DNA from: a virus
Length of the DNA stretch: 64,000 bases
IMG/VR virus record: IMGVR_UViG_3300045988_154892
Reading direction: 5' to 3' (one strand)
Part shown: positions 45,543 through 55,333 of the stretch, piece after piece
How positions within the stretch are numbered: position 1 is the stretch's first letter
How the letters are laid out: every line of letters starts with the position of its first letter
The notes under the pieces: model-generated
What the model saw: only the letters and a program-made list of their open reading frames with translations
Database searches by the model: none
Told to the model about the DNA's origin: nothing
Program-made: the position numbers and the translations under genes

Positions 45543-46376
45543 ATGATGAACTTAAACATTAATTTTCTGAATGAATCCGCAACTGTAGAGCAGGTGAAAA
45601 ACCTGCACGTAGCTATCAACCATGAAGGTACAGAGATGAGCATTCAGCTTTGCAAAGATGACATCTCACGGACGGAGAAGCAGATTTCTAATCTAGAAAA
45701 AGCGGAAAATAAAACCGCTGATCAGAAAGAAAAAGAGCGTGAAGCTCTTAACTCAAAACTTGATGATCTGAAAGAACAGTTAGAGAAATTGAAAACAGAT
45801 GCAGCAGAAACACTTCCAGTCTATACTCAGGTAGTAACTGAAATGAGCGTTAAAAACGAAAATCATTTCGGCAACGACAAGGACGTAGTGCGCACTGTAT
45901 TGCGGATTTTGGCAACCTGGGATAACTCTAAGCTTGTCAAGTACGCAATCATTCCGGCTTTCCAGTCTCCAGAACTCTACAATGCACTGGAGGCAATCCA
46001 CGTAAGCTCTAAAGCAAGTGATGACGGCGCACTTGTTATGTCCAATGAAGTAAAGGAAGCTTATAAAAAGGCTTCTGCGGAACTCGAGACTATTATCAAG
46101 AAAACTTTCAGTCTGCCTTTTGAAACGCCATACACGACCAAAACCCGTGTAAAACTGACAGCGGACGACAAGAAATTACTGAATGACTGTTACGTGAAGG
46201 GATTCACTAACAAGTTTTCCGTTGACGAAAAAACAGGCAATGTGGATTTCAGCAAAAGACAGGTGAACACACTTGTTAAGGCAAAACGCAACAAGAAAAC
46301 AGGCAAGGTAGAATATGATTATTCCGGTCTTGCGGTCACAATCGCAAATATTGTGATTAAACATTATTTCAAATAA
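45543..46376 (+). CDS. hypothetical protein (coiled-coil N-terminus)
   Basis: 277-aa ORF with a GGAG RBS. First gene of the rightward arm. Confidence 0.65.
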   Translation: MMNLNINFLNESATVEQVKNLHVAINHEGTEMSIQLCKDDISRTEKQISNLEKAENKTADQKEKEREALNSKLDDLKEQLEKLKTDAAETLPVYTQVVTEMSVKNENHFGNDKDVVRTVLRILATWDNSKLVKYAIIPAFQSPELYNALEAIHVSSKASDDGALVMSNEVKEAYKKASAELETIIKKTFSLPFETPYTTKTRVKLTADDKKLLNDCYVKGFTNKFSVDEKTGNVDFSKRQVNTLVKAKRNKKTGKVEYDYSGLAVTIANIVIKHYFK

Positions 46377-46471
46377 TGACCATTATAGAAAAGGGCGGTG
46401 CAATTCCGCCCAATGGTTTTACAAAAAATAAAAAGGCAACCATGCCAAAAATGGTAGAAAGAAGGTAAATT

Positions 46472-46879
46472 ATGGCAAGAAAAGAAAGATATGAATACGC
46501 ATGTTCACGGTGTGGTAATAATTGCTGGGGATGTTTCTATGCAGAAGAATGTCCGGTATGGAATGATCAGCAGGACGCAGAGCCTATCCAGATTCCGGCA
46601 AGAGAAGTCTATATGTCACTCTGCGAGGGACGCCACGAGATTCTCCAGGCAATCGATGGATCTATTTTCGGAACGGAACTTGATCCACTTGAGCTTTCCG
46701 GAATGGAAAGAGAAGCAGCAGAACAGCTCCGCGGCGTTTTTACACTAAACCTGTACGTAACAGGTTTAACAGTTGCGCTCATTGCCGTTCTTAACGTGTG
46801 CAGAGAACAGAAAATCAAAGTTACTCTGTATCATTTCAACAGAGAAACGGGTAATTATTACCCGCAGGAGGTAAAATAG
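46472..46879 (+). CDS. hypothetical protein with N-terminal Cys cluster
   Basis: 135-aa ORF with RBS GAAGG. CSRCGNNCWGCFYAEEC. Confidence 0.6.
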   Translation: MARKERYEYACSRCGNNCWGCFYAEECPVWNDQQDAEPIQIPAREVYMSLCEGRHEILQAIDGSIFGTELDPLELSGMEREAAEQLRGVFTLNLYVTGLTVALIAVLNVCREQKIKVTLYHFNRETGNYYPQEVK

Positions 46880-46881
46880 AA

Positions 46882-47307
46882 ATGAAAATATATAAAATTT
46901 TTAGATCTGAGGAAATTCACAAGGTAGATTTTCCAATGAACACGATTATTCTTTCAGCTTCAAACGGAACTATGATCGTAGCTTTGCCGGATGCTTTCAA
47001 ACGGCACAATAAAGGCAGAATCAGAATAGAAGTGTGGGACGGTTCCCGTTGGATTGTCACGACCGCACAAAATAAATACACGGAAATGTTGTGGGATTTC
47101 CAGATCCGAGAATCACGGCAGCGGCGCAAGGCAGAAGGCAAAAAGTACAACGGGAACTATTCTGCCATGATGCGCCATGAACGTGCAAAGAAGAAGGGAA
47201 CTGGTGGCGAGTTCCTGGGCAAGTTCTGCGGAACCGTCACGGATTATGAATGCGCAAAAAGAACCTTGCATGATTTTCCACAGTCTTATACTGTATTGTA
47301 TAATTAA
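46882..47307 (+). CDS. hypothetical basic protein
   Basis: 141-aa ORF with RBS AGGAGG. Confidence 0.6.
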   Translation: MKIYKIFRSEEIHKVDFPMNTIILSASNGTMIVALPDAFKRHNKGRIRIEVWDGSRWIVTTAQNKYTEMLWDFQIRESRQRRKAEGKKYNGNYSAMMRHERAKKKGTGGEFLGKFCGTVTDYECAKRTLHDFPQSYTVLYN

Positions 47308-47346
47308 AAATTATATGATAGAATGGAGGTGAGGAGGAAAAAGAAA

Positions 47347-47625
47347 ATGAAATTAGATTATTCAAAACTTTTCGACAGAATGAAAAGCGAAAATATAAAA
47401 CATTTAGATTTAAAAAAAGAAGTTGGCGTTGGGGGAAGTACACTTGATCATCTGCGGAAAAATGAAAGTGTCACAATGGAAACAATAGGAAAATTATGTG
47501 AATATTTTCGTTGTACACCCAATGATATTGTTGACGTCATTTTTGATGACGCTGACAACGCAAAAGAAAAAGCAGAATTGCAATCTCAGATTGCAGCTTT
47601 GCAAGAGAAATTAGAAAAATTGTAA
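47347..47625 (+). CDS. XRE/Cro-type HTH transcriptional regulator
   Basis: Start set at MKLDYSKLF behind GAGGAGG. LKKEVGVGGSTLDHLRKNESVTMETIGKLCEYF is an HTH_XRE pattern. Confidence 0.75.
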   Translation: MKLDYSKLFDRMKSENIKHLDLKKEVGVGGSTLDHLRKNESVTMETIGKLCEYFRCTPNDIVDVIFDDADNAKEKAELQSQIAALQEKLEKL

Positions 47626-47637
47626 TAGGCATATCAG

Positions 47638-47672
47638 GCACTCTAACCATTTTTGGTTAGGGTGCTTTTTTT
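47638..47672 (+). terminator. intrinsic terminator
   Basis: GCACUCUAACC-6 nt-GGUUAGGGUGC (one U-G pair) followed by UUUUUUU. Confidence 0.8.
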
Positions 47673-47742
47673 ATGCCCTTTTTTAACTTTGATTTTCAAA
47701 CCAAAAATCCAAACGCAAACTAAAAAAAGGAGGAACAGAACT

Positions 47743-48120
47743 ATGTTCAAAAAATTAGTCATCACACTCTTAACAGCAACAACTATTTTTTCCGGAATCG
47801 CAGCGATCAATACAACCGTATCACGGCAGAATGCAACGGAAATCACAAGTGAAACGCAGAAGCTCGATTACAGCCAGGAACAGGACTACAGCTATGCAGA
47901 TTCGTTTATTTCTGACGTAGTAGACTGGAACACTGACGGCGAAGAACTGGCACTTATGACAAGTGACGGCTATGAATTTTACGCTTATAAGTCTGCAAAT
48001 GAATACGATTTCAACAAGGCATACGTTGCTTTGGACGACATCACCGACGTGGAAAAGGCAGAAGGCAAAATCCGTATCTATACCAAAGATGGAACAATCT
48101 ATCAGGTGTTCGGAGAATAA
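47743..48120 (+). CDS. secreted or membrane-anchored protein with signal peptide
   Basis: Start set at MFKKLVITLLTATTIFSGIAA behind an AAGGAGG RBS. 125 aa. Confidence 0.6.
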   Translation: MFKKLVITLLTATTIFSGIAAINTTVSRQNATEITSETQKLDYSQEQDYSYADSFISDVVDWNTDGEELALMTSDGYEFYAYKSANEYDFNKAYVALDDITDVEKAEGKIRIYTKDGTIYQVFGE

Positions 48121-48203
48121 AGGGAAAAAGAAACATAAAATTCTAACTTGTACAGTTATAACAAATATGTTATAATAAACTTAACGAAGGAGGAATATAA
48201 TAA

Positions 48204-48566
48204 ATGTATACAGTAGAATTTTATAAGGACGTCAACGATCATTGCGAAATTGGAGAATATTTCGCAGAGCTTGCGGAAAAGGCAAAGACAGATAAAAACG
48301 CAAGAATCAACATGAACAAGATTGCAGAATATATCTTGTTGCTTAAGCGAAACGGTACAAGAATCGGGTATCCTGTAGTCCGACCGATCGAAGGAGATGT
48401 TTGGGAACTGCGACCATTGAAGAATCGAATTTTCTTCTTCTATTGGAAAGAGAATAAGTTTGTGTTACTAAGCCACTACATGAAAAAGTCGCAGAAAGCG
48501 CCGAAAAGAGAAATCGAAAAGGCAAAGGCAAACATGAGAGACTGGTTAGAAAGAGAGGGAAAATAG
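48204..48566 (+). CDS. RelE/HigB-type toxin (phage Gp49-like)
   Basis: 120 aa. GDVWELRPLKNRIFFFYW...VLLSHYMKKSQKAP is typical of Gp49/HigB-like toxins. Precedes the antitoxin by 3 nt. Confidence 0.75.
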   Translation: MYTVEFYKDVNDHCEIGEYFAELAEKAKTDKNARINMNKIAEYILLLKRNGTRIGYPVVRPIEGDVWELRPLKNRIFFFYWKENKFVLLSHYMKKSQKAPKREIEKAKANMRDWLEREGK

Positions 48567-48568
48567 TT

Positions 48569-48850
48569 ATGAAGATGCATACAAATTTCGAAGATATGTT
48601 CAATGATCCGGAATATTTTTCCGAAGAAGACAAGGCAGAAATCAATTTTGAAGTCGCCTTGATTGAGAAAGTAAAGGAGATGAGAGAGTCTAGCGGATTC
48701 TCTCAGACCCAACTTGCAAAGGCAAGCGGGGTTAAGCAGTCAGCGATCGCCAGAATGGAAAGTATGAAAGCGGTGCCGCAGATTGATACACTTATTAAAT
48801 TGCTTGTACCAATGGGATATACTCTTGATATTGTCCCATTACGGAAATAG
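48569..48850 (+). CDS. HigA-type HTH (XRE) antitoxin
   Basis: 93 aa. FSQTQLAKASGVKQSAIARMES HTH. Immediately downstream of the toxin. Confidence 0.75.
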   Translation: MKMHTNFEDMFNDPEYFSEEDKAEINFEVALIEKVKEMRESSGFSQTQLAKASGVKQSAIARMESMKAVPQIDTLIKLLVPMGYTLDIVPLRK

Positions 48851-48884
48851 TCCTTATAAACTAAATACTGTATACACTTTGATA

Positions 48885-48918
48885 ACAGCCATCACGCAAA
48901 ACGGTGGCTGTTATTTTT
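48885..48918 (+). terminator. intrinsic terminator
   Basis: ACAGCCA-13 nt-UGGCUGU followed by UAUUUUUG. Confidence 0.7.
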
Positions 48919-48984
48919 GTACGCAAAATTCAAAAGGCAAAGAGAGAATAAAATAAAAAATTAAAACGCAAAGGAGAAATAAAA

Positions 48985-49158
48985 ATGAAAGACAAATTAT
49001 TAAAAGCAAGTTATATCCTGGCATGGGTTGGAACGCTCTGGTTCCTTCTGAGTCTGGAAAGCAGTATGTGGAATCTTATTCCGGCGGCGTTCTGTCTTGC
49101 TTACGCCTATGCATTCGGCGAAGCGAACAACGGGAATTGGATCATTGCACCACACTAA
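48985..49158 (+). CDS. small membrane protein (57 aa, below ORF-track cutoff)
   Basis: AAAGGAGA RBS. MKDKLLKASYILAWVGTLWFLLSLESSMWNLIPAAFCLAYAYAFG... Confidence 0.5.
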   Translation: MKDKLLKASYILAWVGTLWFLLSLESSMWNLIPAAFCLAYAYAFGEANNGNWIIAPH

Positions 49159-49244
49159 GGCAACTATGCAGTATTAATGCATAACTTATAATTATGCATA
49201 ATATATACATAATCAAATTAATCAAGAAAGGGAAATTAAAAATC

Positions 49245-49739
49245 ATGAAGAAAGTATTTGAAATCAAAGTAACAAGTAGTGCAAGCTTTTATTCTTATCT
49301 TGCATTGTCCGGAATCGACTTTGAAGCAAAAGAGAAACCGGAAGCCATCATCTTTACCTGTGATATGACAGACGCAGAGTTCGCGGCAGCAGTCCAGTAT
49401 TGTAACAAGCTGGCGGAAGAACGTAAATTCAACGAGTCTGTACGGAAATACAAGAAACTCCATGAGGAATATATTGCTATTCAGCAGGTAAAGGAAGCGT
49501 TAGACGAACTGTTTCATGACATCAGCCGTCAGGCATTTTACGAACAGAAAGAAGCAGAAAGGGAACTGGCGGAAATCTGTGTAAAAACTATTAAAAAGGC
49601 AACGCTTGAATTTATCCTTACTAAGAAAGAAATTATTGACATTGTAACAAAAATCGGATTCGATGCGATGATGAACAATGATCGGTTGACAGAATTTCTT
49701 CTTCCTGGTTGGGATGAAAGCTTTTATAAAATTCAGTAA
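49245..49739 (+). CDS. hypothetical protein
   Basis: Start set at MKKVFEIKV behind AAAGGGA. 164 aa. Confidence 0.55.
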   Translation: MKKVFEIKVTSSASFYSYLALSGIDFEAKEKPEAIIFTCDMTDAEFAAAVQYCNKLAEERKFNESVRKYKKLHEEYIAIQQVKEALDELFHDISRQAFYEQKEAERELAEICVKTIKKATLEFILTKKEIIDIVTKIGFDAMMNNDRLTEFLLPGWDESFYKIQ

Positions 49740-49829
49740 GGCAAAACCATAGAAAGGAGCTGATGCACAATCACGCAACGCAAAATAGAATTATGGTCAC
49801 TAAACCGCCGTATAGAATCTTTAAGGCAA

Positions 49830-50033
49830 ATGGATCGTAGATTAGCAGAATTAAACATTTCAAGTCGTGATACGATCTGGAAAGAATACGGTGGAGGACT
49901 AAGAGAAAATGAAAATGCAACGCTTGAAAATTGGAAGCGAATTGCCGAAGATGACATACTATATGATAATGCTATATATTGTTATATGGTATGTACGCTA
50001 GAACCATATACATTATGTGGTTTCGAAAACTGA
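49830..50033 (+). CDS. hypothetical protein
   Basis: 67-aa ORF with a weak RBS. Confidence 0.35.
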   Translation: MDRRLAELNISSRDTIWKEYGGGLRENENATLENWKRIAEDDILYDNAIYCYMVCTLEPYTLCGFEN

Positions 50034-50050
50034 ACACAGAGCATAGAAAA

Positions 50051-50078
50051 GCAGGTTGAAATATACCTGTTATTTTTA
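50051..50078 (+). terminator. intrinsic terminator
   Basis: GCAGGU-8 nt-ACCUGU followed by UAUUUUUAU. Confidence 0.55.
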
Positions 50079-50136
50079 TGCTCAAAATTAAAGGGAAATT
50101 CGAAATAATAAAACATAGAAAAAGGAGAATAAGATT

Positions 50137-51252
50137 ATGTGTAAAATCAATGGAGTAAAATTAACAGAGATGAGAGAGAAAGCTGGTATGTCACAGAATG
50201 CACTTGCAAAGAAACTTGGAGTTGCTGAAAGCACAATTTCCAATTATGAAACAGGTCGAAGTAATCCGTCGGAAGAGAAAGTAGACAAAATCTGCTTTAT
50301 TCTGAAGATCAATAAAGACGACATCGAAATTCATGATGTAGGATACAGCTTTTCAGATTCGATGGGAAAGACATATGAAAAATATAGAAGAGCAAAAGGA
50401 TTCCGGCATTATATGACATCAGTTGATTTCGAAAATTGGATTAATGAACAGAGGGATTTTGATGCAGAAACGGAAACGTCAGAAGTAAGCAATGCATTAC
50501 GGTATCCTTTGAGAGTAGGAAATAAAAAATATATAACAATCAACCCACTGTTTGTACATATTCCAGACTGGCAGAGAAGTACGGACATGGTAAAGGCAAA
50601 AGAGATTGAAGAAAATTTCAATGAATCGAAATTCGATCCGATCAAAGTGTTCCTTATTGATGGAAAATTATATGTAGCCGATGGCGCACATAGATTAGCT
50701 GCATTCATTATGAAAAACAATCTGTTAGGGAAAGCAGAAAAATTAAAAATTCTGGTTGAGATTATTGATTGTAAAACAATGTGTGAGGCAGTATTAGTTT
50801 TCTTAGGACAGCAGGCAGGAAGGAAACCTATGTCGGTTAGTGATATGTATAGAGCTGGTATTGAAGCGAACGAAGAAGATTATATTAATTTCAAAATGAT
50901 TTTCGATGCATACAACATCCAGATCTCGGCTGACCTGAATCGGAAAGAAAATCCTATTGGGAAAGTTACACCAACCATGAATCTGTTAAGAATGGCAAAG
51001 CGCAGACCTGAATCGCTTAAACATGCAATCGTTATGATTAAAGAATTGAAATGGTGTGGATCTGTTGAAAAGAATGCATTCACACAGCGAAACATCAATG
51101 TACTGTTGAAAATGGAAAGCATTCATGGAACGGAAACGTTAAATCTTCTTAAGAAGCATTGCAGTGGAGCAGCTTTCTATGAAAGCAAAGTATTCCCAGT
51201 CAAAAGCAATGCACAGCTGTTTGACATTCTGGAAAGCGAAATCAATAAATAA
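50137..51252 (+). CDS. HTH(XRE)-ParB-like nuclease domain fusion protein
   Basis: 371 aa. N-terminal MSQNALAKKLGVAESTISNYETG. Central DPIKVFLIDGKLYVADGAHRLAAF (ParB N-terminal DGxHR motif). Confidence 0.7.
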   Translation: MCKINGVKLTEMREKAGMSQNALAKKLGVAESTISNYETGRSNPSEEKVDKICFILKINKDDIEIHDVGYSFSDSMGKTYEKYRRAKGFRHYMTSVDFENWINEQRDFDAETETSEVSNALRYPLRVGNKKYITINPLFVHIPDWQRSTDMVKAKEIEENFNESKFDPIKVFLIDGKLYVADGAHRLAAFIMKNNLLGKAEKLKILVEIIDCKTMCEAVLVFLGQQAGRKPMSVSDMYRAGIEANEEDYINFKMIFDAYNIQISADLNRKENPIGKVTPTMNLLRMAKRRPESLKHAIVMIKELKWCGSVEKNAFTQRNINVLLKMESIHGTETLNLLKKHCSGAAFYESKVFPVKSNAQLFDILESEINK

Positions 51253-51356
51253 TACACATTTTACATAATACATAGCAAGCAATACATATACATATTTTAC
51301 ATAGGGAGTTCGGAATAAGAAAGCACCACCTTATCCCTCCACATATATATAGGAAG

Positions 51357-51395
51357 AAACACCGTCAGCCTAGCTAACTGATGGTGTTTTCTTTC
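51357..51395 (+). terminator. intrinsic terminator
   Basis: AAACACC-g-UCAG...CUGA-u-GGUGUUU followed by UCUUUC. Confidence 0.6.
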
Positions 51396-51431
51396 ACTCA
51401 AAAACACAAACGAGAAAGGAGAATAACGATT

Positions 51432-51521
51432 ATGTCAATGGATGATTTACGGAATCTGCTTTCGGATGACGAATATGCAGGACTTGAAGAGTATTTATCC
51501 GAAAGCGAAAGTGAAAATTAA
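51432..51521 (+). CDS. tiny acidic ORF (29 aa)
   Basis: AAAGGAGA RBS. MSMDDLRNLLSDDEYAGLEEYLSESESEN. Confidence 0.3.
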   Translation: MSMDDLRNLLSDDEYAGLEEYLSESESEN

Positions 51522-51609
51522 GTAGTTAGATAGTGCAGAGAAGGTAAGTTGCCTTGTCTGTGCTGATGTGATTATTTGATTCAATCACAAGAAAGAGAGG
51601 AAGAACAAA

Positions 51610-52263
51610 ATGAAAGAAACATTACGGTATAACCTGTTAAAACAGAAACGGTTTACAGATTTATCTGTAGAGCTGGAAACAAACGATGATCTTTGGAATG
51701 AAGCTTGTGCGATGTTTGAAGGGAAATTACAGGAAAGCGAAAATGAATTACGTGTGACATCTTTGGTGAATTACTGCAAAAACAAAGAAGATGGAGAAGT
51801 TTTTCTCGAATCGTTAGAGGAGAACTTAGGAATTAACTTAATTGAATTTGTACAAGACAGAAGGGAGACACGACACAATCCAGCTGGCTTTGATTATGAA
51901 ATCATTGCCCAAAAGAAAGAGTACGCACTCATCAAAATGGAAAGTACAGAAGAGTACAAGATCGTATCCGACATCTGTGCTGATGGAAGTTGGGCTTATA
52001 CTGTCTGCTCATGGATGTATGGAAAATATGGTAGAGAAGAATATCTGGTTATGCAGAATGCGATTGATTCATTTCGTTACAAAACGGAAAGTGATTATAT
52101 TCCACGTTCACGCCTGGAAGAACTTGCAACGCAATGGAAAGATACTCTTTTGGAAGAATGTAATATGGCAGATGAAGAACAGTACGAATATTTCATGAAT
52201 GAATGTGCTATGGATGATGCAGAATTAGAATTTTTCGGATTATTAAAAGGAGATGATGAGTAA
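51610..52263 (+). CDS. hypothetical acidic protein
   Basis: 217-aa ORF with RBS GAGAGGAAG. Strongly D/E-rich. Confidence 0.6.
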   Translation: MKETLRYNLLKQKRFTDLSVELETNDDLWNEACAMFEGKLQESENELRVTSLVNYCKNKEDGEVFLESLEENLGINLIEFVQDRRETRHNPAGFDYEIIAQKKEYALIKMESTEEYKIVSDICADGSWAYTVCSWMYGKYGREEYLVMQNAIDSFRYKTESDYIPRSRLEELATQWKDTLLEECNMADEEQYEYFMNECAMDDAELEFFGLLKGDDE

Positions 52264-52532
52264 TGTCAAGACGACGAAAGCCAAAGGAAGTTCTGGATTT
52301 TGAAAGGGAATATTTATTTCCTAATGGATTCAGAGAAACAAGAGTAAACGGAAGAGATGGTACTGGATCACACTTGCATTATTTAAACCGTGTAACTCAC
52401 AAGAGAATTGAAGTAAATACACGACTGAATAGAGAAGTAAAAGCAAGACTGATTAAAGAGAATAACCTTATGTCGAATAAAAAAGTGAAAGGAGCGAAAA
52501 GAATTGAGAACGCAACAATGTGCTGTATTTGA
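52263..52532 (+). CDS. hypothetical basic protein (weak HicA-like resemblance)
   Basis: 89-aa ORF with an ATG overlapping the upstream stop. ...GRDGTGSHLHYLN... loosely resembles the HicA G-S-H core. Confidence 0.45.
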   Translation: MSRRRKPKEVLDFEREYLFPNGFRETRVNGRDGTGSHLHYLNRVTHKRIEVNTRLNREVKARLIKENNLMSNKKVKGAKRIENATMCCI

Positions 52533-52806
52533 TCCAGATCATTACAACATAATTGACATAACCAATTATGAAAAATACCGTCAACACATCGAGCAACAGC
52601 GCGAAATGGAAATCCAGAAAGCGAAAGCCAAACGCAAAAGAGAAATAGAACGCCGTAAATACATAGCACAGAAAATCTTTTGCGTGATGCTTATGATTGT
52701 TGGGTATCTACTTATTAGATATGCAAGCGATACCTGGCCGTTAGGGGTAACGTTCATTTTATTTGGGCTGTTAGTAATCACAGAAAGGAAAGCGATTTTA
52801 TGGTGA
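52504..52806 (+). CDS. hypothetical membrane protein
   Basis: 100-aa ORF with two C-terminal hydrophobic helices. Confidence 0.5.
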   Translation: MRTQQCAVFDPDHYNIIDITNYEKYRQHIEQQREMEIQKAKAKRKREIERRKYIAQKIFCVMLMIVGYLLIRYASDTWPLGVTFILFGLLVITERKAILW

Positions 52807-52994
52807 TTTGGATAAAAATCTTTGATCGGTACGAACCCGTACTATATGTACAAAAAGACGCTTTGCGGCATATGACCGTCTTGTATGTAAGAACAAAAAA
52901 TACAATGGTTGATGTATATATGAGTCTTGACGGTCGATTATTTGCAACAAGAAAATCTGTAAGAGAAGGAGGCAAAGGAATGTGTACATTGTAG
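52800..52994 (+). CDS. hypothetical protein
   Basis: 64-aa ORF with RBS AAAGGAAAG. Confidence 0.5.
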   Translation: MVIWIKIFDRYEPVLYVQKDALRHMTVLYVRTKNTMVDVYMSLDGRLFATRKSVREGGKGMCTL

Positions 52995-53164
52995 CAAGTA
53001 ATGGTGTAGAAACACAATCAAAGAAATTAAAGCCAACTGTTTCTGTTCCGAAAGCGAAAATGCTAGTAGAAAATTTGAGAGATACGGATTATCTCGGTTT
53101 GGAATACTGGTTGGAAGATGATAATGGGAATAAAATTGAAACGGATGTAATAAAACATGGTTGA
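52982..53164 (+). CDS. hypothetical protein
   Basis: 60-aa ORF with RBS AAGGAGG. Confidence 0.5.
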   Translation: MYIVASNGVETQSKKLKPTVSVPKAKMLVENLRDTDYLGLEYWLEDDNGNKIETDVIKHG

Positions 53165-53257
53165 TGTACAAACAGTAACTATTCATAAACCAGAAAAAGT
53201 TTTTGGTTATTTCTATGGATTCATCGGATGAAAGAGAAATTTTAGAAAGGGAGAATA

Positions 53258-53485
53258 ATGGTTAAGTTTGATTTTTATGCAATATATGTTGAAACAAGCG
53301 AAAGAAGCGGTGAAGTTGTAGATATATTTTCTTCTTTTGAAGAATGCATGGAGCATCGGATGGAGCACGCTAATTGGTTCCGTCCGAAGGGTGATATTTG
53401 GATTTTACATATCAACAACGGAAAGAACTTTAGACCATCTGAAAAATGGTATGTAAACGCAGATGGCTCAGTTGAAAACTACTAA
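53258..53485 (+). CDS. hypothetical protein
   Basis: 75-aa ORF with RBS AAGGGAG. Confidence 0.55.
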   Translation: MVKFDFYAIYVETSERSGEVVDIFSSFEECMEHRMEHANWFRPKGDIWILHINNGKNFRPSEKWYVNADGSVENY

Positions 53486-53502
53486 GATTGGAGGACTAAA
53501 TC

Positions 53503-53727
53503 ATGGCAAAAGAATTTATTTACAGTAAGACAAGAGAAATTGGAACTATTGGTAAAAACACAGTGGAAATCGGACATTACACTGTTGATGGCAAAGAAAT
53601 GCCGGACAAGGTATATATGGTCACGAAATTTGCACGAAAAGATGGAACTGAAAGCACGAAGGCAACGGCGATCTGTAGTGTGGTAGACGCAAATGAACTT
53701 GGCAAGCTGCTGATGCAAGTAAAGTAA
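53503..53727 (+). CDS. hypothetical protein
   Basis: 74-aa ORF with RBS TGGAGGA. Confidence 0.55.
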   Translation: MAKEFIYSKTREIGTIGKNTVEIGHYTVDGKEMPDKVYMVTKFARKDGTESTKATAICSVVDANELGKLLMQVK

Positions 53728-53740
53728 GGAGGAATACATA

Positions 53741-53962
53741 ATGAAGGAATGGATTGAGAAAATGAACGAAATGTTCGAAGCGAACAGGTACACGAATGAC
53801 AAACGTGTAACCGTAGACTACTGTGAGAACGCAAAGTGCATTCTTATCAATGTGTGCGGTGACACGACGATCATCAAAGATCTTGATAGACTTAATGATT
53901 TCGGGTTGATGATGAAATGTATGACAACAGTTCGGAATCTTTATGAACCTTATAATGATTAA
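53741..53962 (+). CDS. hypothetical protein
   Basis: 73-aa ORF with RBS AAGGAGG. Confidence 0.55.
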   Translation: MKEWIEKMNEMFEANRYTNDKRVTVDYCENAKCILINVCGDTTIIKDLDRLNDFGLMMKCMTTVRNLYEPYND

Positions 53963-53970
53963 AATACAGC

Positions 53971-54010
53971 AAGGCAGGTAGAGAATAATAATCTATCTGC
54001 CTTATTTAAT
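53971..54010 (+). terminator. intrinsic terminator (AAGGCAG...CTGCCTT family)
   Basis: AAGGCAGGUAGA-9 nt-UCUAUCUGCCUU followed by AUUUAAUU. Confidence 0.7.
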
Positions 54011-54023
54011 TGGAGGAAAAAAG

Positions 54024-54263
54024 ATGACAAAACGACAGGAAGAAATTATTAAAGATAATTTACGGGCTTATAAGGCAAACTTCGATTTTATTAAAATTGA
54101 AGATGCTGATTATGGGGGTGGATTTTATGTTTTTACCAGTGAAGAAAGGGCAAAAAACGGAGATTGGACGCAGTATTGCTACAACATTGATTACTTGAAT
54201 GGTTGGTTATACGGATGTGTACAGGCAGCAAATGGAATTATGAAGAGAAAACAGGAGATCTAA
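54024..54263 (+). CDS. hypothetical protein
   Basis: 79-aa ORF with RBS TGGAGGA. Confidence 0.55.
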   Translation: MTKRQEEIIKDNLRAYKANFDFIKIEDADYGGGFYVFTSEERAKNGDWTQYCYNIDYLNGWLYGCVQAANGIMKRKQEI

Positions 54264-54266
54264 AAA

Positions 54267-54476
54267 ATGGAAAAGGTAAGAAGATTTAAAGGTGAAATGA
54301 AAGAAGCATGGGAAGCTGCTGGGTGGCGTGAAAGATTTGCCGTTGATAATGGAAATAAAAACATTGTTTATGTGAATGATCATAAATGTTTACGGTTTAC
54401 ATATTCCAGGTACAAAGAATATCAGGATGCAAACGGGGCCATTTATGACACAGTAAAAAAACAGTGGATCGGATAG
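54267..54476 (+). CDS. hypothetical protein
   Basis: 69-aa ORF with RBS CAGGAGA. Confidence 0.55.
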   Translation: MEKVRRFKGEMKEAWEAAGWRERFAVDNGNKNIVYVNDHKCLRFTYSRYKEYQDANGAIYDTVKKQWIG

Positions 54477-54494
54477 AAAGGCAGGGTGATTAGT

Positions 54495-54929
54495 ATGAAA
54501 GTAAAATATGTTGGGTTTGGTGGATACATGGAAGTTCCATGTTATGAGGATGAAAATGGGAAGTTGTATTTTGATGAGAACAATGGAAAAAACGGACTTA
54601 ATCTCTACACAGGTGCTTATAGAACCGAATGGGATGAAATCTGTGGTGAGCCATGTAACAGAGTAACAGAACCAGTTGAATGCGATGATCCTTTTATTCG
54701 GCATCCAAGAGAAATGGATTACATGTTATTAGACAGAATGAGAAGTGATTGTAACTATTTCCTCGGAAATGGAAACGGTTATGAAGGTCATCTGTGGGGT
54801 GGCAGTGTAGAAGCAATCTGTGACGAAATGGAACGGATTTGGAACTCACTGGAAGAGAAACCGGAATGGTTGACTTTGGAACAGATAAAAGAATACAGAA
54901 AAGAAATGATGAAAGTGAGGATGAAATAA
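54495..54929 (+). CDS. hypothetical protein
   Basis: ATG at 54495 (MKVKYVGFGG). The track starts it at GTG 54486. Confidence 0.55.
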   Translation: MKVKYVGFGGYMEVPCYEDENGKLYFDENNGKNGLNLYTGAYRTEWDEICGEPCNRVTEPVECDDPFIRHPREMDYMLLDRMRSDCNYFLGNGNGYEGHLWGGSVEAICDEMERIWNSLEEKPEWLTLEQIKEYRKEMMKVRMK

Positions 54930-55333
54930 TGAAATATATACCAAGAAACAAATACTATCAGATGATTAGAGAGACTGGAAGAATCTCAGATGAAAGCGAA
55001 TATGATATTGCTGATTTAGATTTATCAACATATCCATTAAATGAAGATACAAAACGGATTGCGAACGTAAACTTCATGGAAGAAACAGAAGATAGAAATG
55101 GAAACTATATGTTGAGTGGACATTGGATGTCTGATTTGAGCTATCAGTTCGCAAAGAAATGCAAATTCGATTTAGTGCAGGTAAATGGTTATAGCTCTTA
55201 CGCTTATTCAGATGAACAGATGGCGGTATTTACATATTGTGAGGGAGATATTTATCTCACATTATTTACTGATAAAGCGAAATATAAAGCTGAAAAGGAA
55301 AGAACAATTAAATTTTATGAAGAGGTATATTGA
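54929..55333 (+). CDS. hypothetical protein
   Basis: Start set at MKYIPRNKYYQ (ATG 54929) overlapping the upstream stop. 134 aa. Confidence 0.55.
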   Translation: MKYIPRNKYYQMIRETGRISDESEYDIADLDLSTYPLNEDTKRIANVNFMEETEDRNGNYMLSGHWMSDLSYQFAKKCKFDLVQVNGYSSYAYSDEQMAVFTYCEGDIYLTLFTDKAKYKAEKERTIKFYEEVY

